Of a DNA stretch of 64,000 nucleotides, positions 53,500 to 64,000 are shown in pieces (the stretch's first letter is position 1; every line of letters begins with the position of its first letter). The position numbers and the translations under genes are program-made. The stretch is from positions 20,646,001 through 20,710,000 of the forward strand of contig CM114271.1 of assembly GCA_050084515.1 (NCBI GenBank), written 5' to 3'. The notes under the pieces are model-generated. The model had not been told where the DNA came from. It worked only from the letters and a program-made list of their open reading frames with translations, and searched no databases. This stretch comes from Blasia pusilla (lineage: Eukaryota).

Positions 53500-53970
53500 A
53501 CGTAAAATATATTTTGAATAGGGTGGAGCTACTGATTTTGTTGGAACAATTATCCTCGGCTTGGATGCCTACATGATGGTACAAACTTGCAAATGACCTT
53601 TCCACAACATGATGCAAGCAATAGGGGTAGGGAACCAAAGAGTCATGACCCACATCGACTGATGCATTGAGATGCATAGCATTGTATCCCTACATCTTAA
53701 GGAGGCCACATATGGCTTGTTCGCTTATTGGAGGTAATACTTAACTCTATAGAGAACCTATGAAATAAGGACCTTCAACATTCATGGAATCATAGAAAAA
53801 TAATGCTTGTCTAACCTCGTTTCAATATCCATGGATGGTAGAAAGTTGAGGATTGTGGCCATATGGAGGTAGAGGCGGTTGTGGTCATTACACGCTTGGA
53901 GAGGATCTTCCACCTTCATTCATGATTATGAAGACTCCTTGTGGTCATCCATCTAGCTAAAAAGATTAGC
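53500..53970 (+). pseudogene. Second CACTA transposase fragment
   Basis: 53840-53920 aligns by eye with the reverse complement of 38640-38730 (the ..IFPPSF.. region). Confidence 0.6.
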
Positions 53971-54292
53971 ATATATATCAAGCTCCTTTGCTATATAGCC
54001 ACATCTATTCATTGTAGAAAGTGATGAGCTCTTTGTCTTTCCCTCAAAATAAAGCAATGTTTCTACATCATCGAAAAACCTTCCTCACATGTTGACACAT
54101 GTCCTCTAAAGACTCTAATGATGTCGACACATGTCACTTTGAGAGAGGGAGTTGAATTAAAGAGAGATAATAAAGAAAATTAAATATCACCCATGCATAA
54201 TACAAGCGCCGGTTAGTATGTAATAATATAAATTATATTATCACTAGAGAGATAAATATGTTATTTTTAAAATTAATGTCTAATAATTTATA

Positions 54293-54531
54293 CTAGTAAT
54301 TTATACTATTTTATTTTCTGTGCATGGCCCGTGCCATGCACGGGAAATGGAAAAGTGTTGAAGAGCTAATGTATAGCTTGTGAAGGGAAGAAATTAATGA
54401 TGTTGCACACACATTCAAATTTTTTTCTTGTTGCCCGTGGCATGTGAAACATTTTCTTGATGCCTAGTTGCCACGTGTCAAACATAGAGATCTTTGCAAA
54501 TCAAGAAAGCACTCTCCCATAATAATATAGA
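54293..54531 (-). mobile_element. Non-autonomous mini-Helitron (239 bp)
   Basis: Minus strand A|TCTATATTATTATGG...hairpin cccgtgc-cat-gcacggg (54328-54344)...CTAG|T. Confidence 0.75.
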
Positions 54532-57500
54532 TTATTACAGGAGAATAGCCCTCCAATTTGTAATTTTGTTTTCCTTTTAATGCTTTGCGTTTTGAGTCAA
54601 TAAAGTTGTTCGTCTTCTAAATCAATAGGATAATTCAAAATTGATTTAAAATGGCATTTGAGAACCTTTAGAGCTAATTATGGAAGGTAATTTAAATCCG
54701 TGTCTAATTAATTAGCATTTATCATAATAAAGAGAATCCATCCTATAATCGAAAATCAAGAGGACACTCTCCCATAATAGATGTCTTCATTCTAAGATCC
54801 CATTGCCTTTTCCTCTAGAATCCTTTTTTCACGTGATCCTCACTTTAAAATCCCACCTCCCCTTCTTCTCATTCCTTCGCAAAATTTCATTTCTTTTTTA
54901 TTTTGGGAAACTAGCATAACACTTTATTAGACTTTCAACCCTTAGCTTCATACTTAACACTAGTTACAAAAGCCATTTCTAATTTCACCTAAAGTCACAT
55001 TGAAACGTTGAGAGAGAAGAACACGGGGGAAATACAAGGTGGAGGTTAATTAATACTAACATTAATTGGTTAGGAAAGGAAAAAAAATTATAGAAAGTCC
55101 AAAATTTCACGGTGAGAAATCTGCAAAAGAATTTGTATTGTACTGTGCAGCTTCTACAATCAAGGATTCGATTATAGTAGGAGCCGTAAATATACATAAA
55201 CGAGTGTGGGCTCCTATGAGAAGGGGAACTAGTTACTAAATTCGTGTGAAGGACACATATTCCCTCCCTTCCAAAAATGTTGGAAGGGAGGGAATATGTG
55301 TCTGGTATGAAGGAGCCTCAAACCTTTGAGAAGTATGGTGATAAAAGTACATACATCATGCCAAGGAGAGTTGATGATAGACTCAATATTCAAAAAAGCA
55401 TACCAATGAAGGCAATTATGCAAACTTATGAGTGATTAAAAAAAAATGTCATATGAATTTGAGGTAGATTATGGACTTAGTTGATTATACACGTAAAGTA
55501 TCCCTTGGATTGTTAAAAAAATGTGTAATGCTAATGTAATGTGTTGTGTTAGTTAGTGTAAATCTTGAGTCATATTGGACACTTCTACTCCAGACCCTAT
55601 CTACTCCTAGGGATGTGTATCAGGACATATTTCTACCCATGAATGGACGGAAGGACTTTATACCGGTGCTACTTGCCACGTGAATTAAAAAAATCATGTC
55701 TGCATGCAATCTCCACTCCATGAGCAGGTCCTTCGGAATGTGACCAATCTCGAGGTCCAAGAAGTGTCCTTACCTCATGAGGGGGGGGGGGGGGCGTTGA
55801 AGCTACGCAGACAATGGAATCGGGCATATCATGAATCATGACACTCGTTTCCTCGGTGAATTCTACCCGATCTACTACCGGAGTGGAGTCAATTCTTGAA
55901 TGCTGCAGGTAGGGAGTACATGGAGTAAATCGTTTCGGGCGAAACATGCAACGGGTGCTTAGATTCTTTGGAAGAAAAATTGAAGGCATCCAGGATAAGA
56001 TATAAATGGATATGAGTGTAAGGAATGCGAGTAATGTGATCTGTGCGAATATACCAGCTGCCGATCTCGTGGCCACTAACGATATCCTCATGGCCATATC
56101 ATCATGATATTTCTCGTTTGCCCCGTGAGAGCTGTCCCTAATTCGTCCAGTTTAGCGGACGACCTACTCGTTCACCAGCAAGTAATTCAAGGTAGATATG
56201 GAATCCTTCCAAACAATTAGTTCAAGTTAGTCGTTGGAGCCCACATGTAACAACCAGAAGCGATGAAGTACAGAAAATCCTAATCCTGAAGAAGATGTGT
56301 CGCAGTGATGGGGCAGTAGAGAGGGAATTGGTCGAACATAAAAAGTTGAGCAAGGAGAGGGCGCCAAATGACAGCGTAGTGTACAAAGTTTTGACCGGAA
56401 AACGATAAAGCAAGTAGAGAATCTCTTGTGCTCCTCTGGTGCCTGGCATCTCTCCGATTTACCTCACGACGGCGATGTTTTGACAATTTCATTGTGATGC
56501 TGTATTGCTGCGCCTCCATAGCATCATATATTTTGTTCCATAAGCTCTGCATATGGTGGCCCGGATTCAAATGAACTGACATCATGAACACGATTGGCTT
56601 GCTCGTGTGCCCGTTCGCTCCAATAGTGAGAAACAGGTTCTTCTGTGTTATTCTGCCCATCGTTCACTCTCCTTACTACAGCCACGGCTGTCACTTCTGT
56701 GCTCAGATTTAAGGCCACGGAGCTCCATCAAGCTCGTTCTCGCTAGAAGTAAGAAAATCTGACATATTGGCATAAATGTGTTCGACAAGGCGGAAGCAAA
56801 ACGGAGCATGAATCGCATGTGAAGATTTGGAATAATTGATCTGGGCTGTTCAAAGATTTCATGGACGCCTCAAATAGAAACGATCGTTACTCGTGCAGTG
56901 TGGATGTGGGGGAAACCTTGAGTCACGTGAAAAGGAAAAATCAGGAAAATCAGATCTAGGGCATAAGCCAACATTGGAATTGTGCTGCTACATCTTTCGG
57001 TTCAAGCGTAGTTCACACAAGCGACGGCAAGTTGCGGGCTCTCCAGTTGAGATCAATCCATCCAACAGATGACAAAATCTCATAACTAGTGACGCTGTGC
57101 TACGACTGAGCGTTGAACGGGGGGGCTCCACATCTTTTCCGGTCTTACGAGCGCTCACTGGGAAAATCTGCTTTCGCCGTTCTATGCTGATTTGCGCGGG
57201 TTGTTTGGACGCCCCGAGCAACATCCGGTCTTCTCTTTCTACGCAGCGAGCCAACGAAGGTGAAGATTGCGTAGAATACGAAGATACGGAATCTCGGCTA
57301 ACTTACCCAGTACGACTGATTCTACAAATATGTGTGGGGGAAGAAACCGCGAAGGGAATATATTGAAACGAGGGCTGTAGACTCCTAAGCAAAACAGCAT
57401 GCGTCAAAGGTCTCCTTAAAGAGAGAGTCCGACTGTAGATTGACTCTCGTATCCCTGGCGTGTGCGGCATGACTCAGGTAATCAGGGGAGAACCACGAGG

Positions 57501-60500
57501 AAAACCTAGGAACACGAGCTTCTAGGACAGGAGTTCGGGTGGGAGATGACAGCGGTGAACAGTCACCGAGGCACCGTGCTATACACCTCGATTCTTTTCT
57601 TGAAGCAACAGTCGATTCGTATCTCCCAAGTCAAGGCAAGGGTTCCGCACGACAATAAATCAGGGTCATACGAGAGTCAGTGTTCCCATAGACCTAGACT
57701 TCATTTACGTAGATTTGGAAAACAAATCTCTTTTTCTAACTTTGTGCGTGACGGTGAGGGCTCTTCTTTTTTATCTTATTCTGACTTGTTCTAACCCTTC
57801 GCTGTGTCCATCTGTTCCTCGCTCTTAGTCTCAATCTTGACCTTCTCTTCCGCAGTAGATGTTCGCTTTCGACACGATGAGCTTACTAGCAACGTAGGTA
57901 GTCCATCGTGAATTGTTTGAGAACGATACCAACATGGAGCGCTCGGTGTTTGTTAAAATTTCACCCCCTGTAAACGTGATTGCTGCTCCATCTATCGACA
58001 GTTGATGGTTTTGAGTTCGAGTGAGTAGCCTAGCGAAGAGCGCAGGGCCTTGTCAGCTCGTCGTTGCGGTCGGTTTGAGGATGTCGAGAGTCGCCAACGA
58101 CAAGTTAACAAGGCCTTCCATTCTGCGTGCGGGATAGGAATCATCAGGCCTGCATCAATTCTTCGATCACGTTAGGATTAGTTACCAGTGCTTGATAACC
58201 CTTCCAATCTTCATTTCTTGAGCCGATGCTCGCATTGAAGGGCAAACTAATATCGCGGTCATGAAGGTGCCGGTTGCCCTAATTCCTGTCAGAGAATGAT
58301 GCTATGCTTGTTTCTTTATATGGTCTGCTAGTCACTCATGTTCTCGTCTTCTTCCGCAAACTATTTCCGGTCTTATCTGCGCCATAAAACGGTGCTGCCA
58401 ATTTCATGACGCATTTGTTATCACTCTTTCCTGAGCCGGAGGTTCCGACCCAGTGAAGCACGCTTCATGTTCTCACAACCATAAAATCATAGCAAGATCC
58501 CGAGTAAAAGGTCCCCCGTAGACTAGAGCGCAACTCCCACACACCAAGGAAATTGAAAGTTATGGGAGAGCAATTCTTGGTGAAGAGCATCATCAAAGAC
58601 CCGGAGAGAATTCTTGATCGATGATGCCGAAAATTTGTTATCACTAATGACTTCACCGAAAGTACTCAGTTAAAGAGCGTAGCGTCGGTCGAAAGATGAA
58701 CTACTTCCAAGAATCCCAACAAGCGTAGCAGAATTTAGCAGCCACTCAAAATATTTGTATGTGAGGCGTAATTTCTGCAACAGATGTTTCGGATGGCAAA
58801 GCAGGAGACTGCCAGCACTTGTCAGTTACCCTGCTCATTAAAATTCTCCAGAAGGAACGACCTCACATTCTCTTTCGAAGAACGCCATGCACATCATTGA
58901 GTCTCTGGGGATTCTCTAATAAATATCTCCACTACATCGCAACTGAAAGCCTGGAGAGTCGATAGTCATGCTGATGCAAATCTGACAGAGAGTAGAAAGG
59001 CCTGACAGATTTCAAATTTTTATTGCTGTGATTGACCAACTCCAAAAGTGCTGGTTGGAGAATTCGTGAAAAGCGCATGAGGTGATCAGCGCAAGTTCCT
59101 CAGCACACATAGGGAACGTGCTCCTCCTGGAAGTGCTGTACGTCAGAGCGTCTCAAAAGGAAGCGGTAAGCGAAGGGACAAAGTGATGACAGCTCGATGG
59201 CCCAAGGAGAATGTTTTGACCTCCTCTTTACCTTGCGAGAGTGCGCAGCGACGCCTCAATCGCTACTTGAAAGCGAACTGAGGATCGATTGACCAATGCG
59301 ATAATATGTGGTTCCACGTCGTCTCCATATGAAGATGACACCGGAGACAAACTCTAATAACTACCAAAGCGATAACGAGTTTGGCGATGCACACTGGCGA
59401 CGTCCGAAGATTTAGAAAGAGGAGCAATAAATTGGGCAAAAGTACTTTTCTTTTCCTTTCTATTCAATTTTCAAAGTTCGTCTTCCATCATCTTTTCCAT
59501 TCTCCAGCGGTACGCATCCAACCAACTTCTTCGTGACTACGCCCATCGTATCTGGACGCCGTGTCATGAGCTTCATGTCATGGTTGAAGGGGATTTCTAG
59601 GCTACTTTCGTCTCAACTGTCGGTCGAGCTGTCCACGGGCTGTGGCGACGACTCCTTAGGAATCCGCATTCGCGAGAGTTAAGACCGACAGCATTTCGAT
59701 AGCCACCCGCGACGCACGAGCCATCATACAGCCTCGCGGCATTGAAATTTTCGTGGACCGGGTCAGCAAGCTTGACTGGTGTCCGTCCTAACCTCAACGC
59801 AAGTCACGCACCCGGGATAAGCTTCGGGAGGTTCCGCGATCTCGGTGCGTTGGTTCTTCGGCCTCACGTGAGTGCAAAGCAACCGGGAGCCTAAGGAAAA
59901 ACGCGCAATAATGGCAGTGCTCGACAAATCCACTCAAAATTTAGCTGTCGACGAAGACCTCGCGAAGACCTAGATGCTATTTGGTGTCTAGTCGCCCCAT
60001 CAGCTCCCGGATTCAGCGGTGTCACTCGGTACGGGCAGCTACGAGGTCCGCTGTGCATTAACTCCTCATGTTCCGAACCTCATTACTGCAGTTACCACCT
60101 TGTCAAGTAGTGTAGCGGTATAGTTACGACAACGTACCACTCCAATTAACCCACTCACAGTCGGTCTCGACCATCCACTCCCTTCTGGAAGACTCGCTCC
60201 CCGTCAATCGGTATTCCCGACGAAATGGGACGGTTTCCCGACGCTAGGAGAGTGTGTAGGTCGGCTACCGCACGGCCCCTGAAGAAAGACGGTGAGAAAG
60301 CAGGAATCAGTTTTGCCTCGAACAGGTGCTAAGCGGTGGGCGCGTTGCATTGCACGGATCCGATCGATATTGATCCAAAACTATCATGCGGAGATGTCAG
60401 CCAATATCATACTTTGGCGCGAATGGTAACGTAAAACAAATTTCAGTTTGAATTGGCGGTCTGCTGACGATCACGTCGTTTGCCAGACGTTGTGGCTGAA

Positions 60501-61751
60501 CTGTTACGAAAATCGAATCTCTCCATGTCAACACGATTCGCTGCATTTTCCCACCGTCTTTGATGGAACCGGGACACATGTATCGCATTAAATGGTAAGT
60601 ACTGCTCAATTATGCCCGACGCGTCATCTTCAACTCCTAGGGTCCTAGGTCGGCCCTGGCAGCACAAGTCAAATCAAATCCTATTCATGGTCAACCACCC
60701 GCAAGTACATGTCACACACCGATCTGCAGAACGGTCCTTACTGCACAGACTCTATTCTCTTCGTATTCCTCGGCCAAAGTAGACTCGTGTCATCTCAAAT
60801 ACTGTCATCGCTATGGACGGAAAGAAGCCAGCTTGTCGATGGTAAGAATGATAATGCACTTAGATGTAGTGTGTGTACTGTCACTGCCAGAATGCTCGGT
60901 CAGGATTTTCAGCGTTTTCATTGCTCATACGAGAGAATTTTCAAGACAGTCAAAAATCGTCAATCTAGCTGGTTTACTTATCACCAAAGGAACTCCGTTT
61001 TCGCGTCGGAAATTTGACTAAAGTTTCAGATTTCATCCGGAAATCACACGATTTTGACCGGCTGCTTTTACAAAAAATGCCAGTTCTTGCCGAGGATAGC
61101 CCTGCCGTACGGTGGCTTGTTTCCTCCGGTCGCTAGAGCTTTCGGATGAGCCGGGAACGAAGATTTTTTGTCCCTTAGAGTAGGACTCACGTCAACATGG
61201 TGATGAGACAGAAGTGGTCAAACATTTCCATCGTGTCCAAGAAACCAGAATAACACATCCCATTTAGGAACGACAGCTTTACTTCATGTCCGGCCGTTAG
61301 CGTTAGCAGCGTATGGCATGTGGTAAAGTATCTGGAAACAGGACAGCAGATCCGAATGGTCTGATTGCTAACGTGACGGGACAGTAATAGACGAGTCGCT
61401 AAACTGGCTCGAAGGTGGCTATACTTCCATTGTACCTACTTGGACTATTTTCTTCGGCGAAGCAGACGGGATTAGTGATAGCCTCAATATCTTCTTTAAA
61501 ACGGCTAGACTAAATTTTCTTCCTCCTCATCATCCCGAGAGAGAATATCGAACGCTCTACATACAACCTATTGATATATCATCGTACAATTCTATATTTC
61601 TCGGGTCTAAAGCATGAGAGGATATCGAGCGTTTCGGATCACTCGTGTTAAGATGTTCCCAGGGGACTCGAAGAACGGTGCTATGGCACAACCCCCATCG
61701 CCTGCCCGCTCGCAGTTGGTATGAGGCTCTGACCTAAGTGTTGCGAACCGA

Positions 61752-63911
61752 TTACGATTGGGGAACGCTGCCATGGTCATCACCGCCACCATCGCCCCCG
61801 TGATCACCATGATCACCTTCATCTCCACCTCTGCCCCGATCATTTCCGTCGTGGTTATCATTGCCGTTGTTATCGTTTCCACCCCGGTTGTCGTTGCCTC
61901 CATGGTCGTTACCGCCCTCATTGTTGTCACCGCCCTGATTGTTGTTGCCTCCTTGATTGTTGTTACCGCCCTGATTGTTGTTACCGCCCTGATTGTTGTT
62001 ACCGCCCTGATTATTGTTGCCGCCCTGATTATTGTTGCCTCCCTGATTGTTGTTGCCTCCCTGATTGTTGTTACCACCTTGATTGTTGTTGCCGCCCTGG
62101 TTATTGTTGCCGCCCTGGTTATTGTTGCCGCCCTGATTATTGTTACCGCCCTGATTGTTGTTGTTACCTCCCTGATTGTTGTTGTTACCGCCCTGATTGT
62201 TGTTTCCGCCCTGATTGTTGTTGCCGCCCTGATTGTTGCTGCCGCCTTGGTTATTGTTGCCGCCCTGATTATTGTTGCCACCTTGATTGTTGTTGCCGCC
62301 CTGGTTGTTGTTACCGCCCTGGTTTCCGGCACCGCCCACGTTGACACGGGTGCAGTCTGTTCGAATCTGACCTTGACCTCCGGTCAACACGTTGAATTGA
62401 GTCAACTTACTGTACGCCCCCGAGAAGACGCTGAAGAATTGATTTGGATTAGCTGCGAAGGTCCGGATGTATCCAGATGTGCGGGGATCACTTCCGAGGG
62501 CGTCGTCGATGGAGAGTAGAGCCCTTGCCGCGATAACGTCTTTGAAATACTGACTGTCGAATATGAGATTCGTCTGGTCGTTTTGGACCACAGTGTTGGG
62601 ATTATTCAGACCTTGCGGACACTGTGCTCTGAGGCCGGTTCCGTAGAGGGCATTCTTTTGTAGAGTTGAGTCGAATTGAGGGTACAGACGATTCTCGAAG
62701 TTCGCGCAGTGAGCAACTCCTACCGTGTGAGAACCTGATTCACAATAGAAATATCAAATTAAGTACGCGACGAGGGCAGAGTCCAACGAGGCATGCATCG
62801 TTTCACCCCTCGGCAGATCGGGATATGAGTAGCAAAATGATTTCTTTCTAAAATAGTGCGGACCCATCTCATCATTTGAAGTACTCGGAACCGTGGCTGG
62901 GCTCACCTAGTAGCGCGACTGTCTCTTGGTCACTCATACCCATCTGAGCGAAAGTGCTCAACACGGTGGAAACGGAGGCGTCGCCAGGAAGAAGAGAGGA
63001 TTGTGCAAGACTTGTGCTAGCGGACGAGCCGTCTTCACGACCGAGCGGAATTGCGATAGTAGGTCCTCCAGCCTGAACAAGAAAATTCATGAGTCGTTGA
63101 AATCCCCGCCTAATCCAGTGGCAATGCCGGGGATTCACAGGAACGAAACGAGACGGAAATTGAGGACCATACGGTTGTCAAAAGCGAAGGAAACTCACCA
63201 AGGCCACTGCCTCGCGACCGGCCAAAGCCACGATATCAGCGCATGAGACCACACCGGGGCAAGTGCTCTCCAATCTTTGTTTGATGGCATTGATGACGTT
63301 CAAGTTCCCGATTCCCACATTCCTCTCAGCATTCTTCTCATCCGTGATTCCGGCCCCGTCCGAATTCAGCATGATAGATGCATCGCAACCCTGGAAAACA
63401 GAAAATGACATCACAGACTTCAGCACTATTCAGACATTCGAGGAAGTGTAACGCCCTCAAAAGAGAAGATCTGATCATACTCTGTCGCGTCTAGTTGTCA
63501 AGACAATGTGAAGCCTACATCAAGTCATCCTTACACCGGGTGGTTTACTAACACACTCCTACGAACTGTAATGAACACAGAGTTGGTCGTGAGCGATCAA
63601 CAGCGGAGAGCGCTAACTGAAACAACCCGCATTACAACGTAGCGAAGTCACGTCAGACATGAGATATGCGTTACCTGGACAGCACAGTCATGGAAGGCAA
63701 GTCGGAGAAGGGAAGCAGGAGCAGTGAGTACGTTCAGCAGATTGATTTGCTGAATGAAAGTAGTCTTCACTATGGACTCTACGTTCGGGCACGAGCTAGT
63801 GTAGTAACCAGCGCTCAGCTGGGCATTCATTCCTCGAAATCGACAACTCAACGCCAACACGAAGACCATGAGACAGAGAGTCATTTTACATGGCTCGTGC
63901 CGGGCTGCCAT
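61752..63911 (-). CDS. Class III secretory heme peroxidase with a long Gly/Asn/Gln C-terminal extension; 4 exons: 63675-63911, 63199-63390, 62907-63072, 61752-62734
   Basis: Signal peptide, QLSAGYYTSSCPNVE, LLRLAFHDC (distal Arg/His), GCDASIML, CPGVVSCADIVALA, LGREDG, VALLGSHTVGVAHC (proximal His), FDSQYF, GQIRTDC. Typical 3-intron layout with 192- and 166-nt internal exons. Confidence 0.96.
61850..62335 (-). repeat. Coding 18-bp tandem repeat encoding (GGNNNQ)n, about 21 units plus degenerate units
   Basis: Visible directly in the DNA and in the 61752-62591 translation. Confidence 0.97.
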
Positions 63912-64000
63912 TGCTGGATCTCGTGTTGTGCTTCTACCAGCGCAAACCTCCGAGCTGTTGTGGACGTGTGAAACTCGAAACACCTGTGTTCTTAAGCAAG

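Noticed and set aside
61607-62519. Long ORFs 61607-62347 (-) and 61758-62519 (+)
   Set aside because: Alternative-frame and antisense shadows of the 18-bp coding repeat in the peroxidase tail.
63912-63983. N-terminal extension of the peroxidase ORF
   Set aside because: Starts at GTG directly after a CAG acceptor-like site, so it is likely 5' UTR. The ATG at 63911 precedes the signal peptide.

Overview
Eukaryotic nuclear DNA from a green land plant (a bryophyte such as a liverwort is my inference). It holds four intact spliced genes: LIL3 (-), plastid ribosomal protein L29 (+), SRP receptor beta (-) and a class III peroxidase (-) with a long (GGNNNQ)n plus Gly/Asp/His tail. AT-rich transposon fields lie between them: a decayed Ty1/copia element, Harbinger, CACTA and Ty3/gypsy remnants, a solo LTR with a 5-bp TSD, small non-autonomous Helitrons and a MITE family with 8-bp TSDs. 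The standout is a complete 6.6-kb DNA transposon (45524-52137) with CTCGGGGG inverted termini and a perfect 8-bp TSD (GAGCAAGG). It encodes a decayed transposase with P-element-type motifs, no recognisable THAP domain and an extra C-terminal domain. It also carries a 340-bp tandem array upstream of the ORF and a 59-nt tRNA-like fold just downstream of the stop. All calls come from reading the sequence by eye; no database searches were run.
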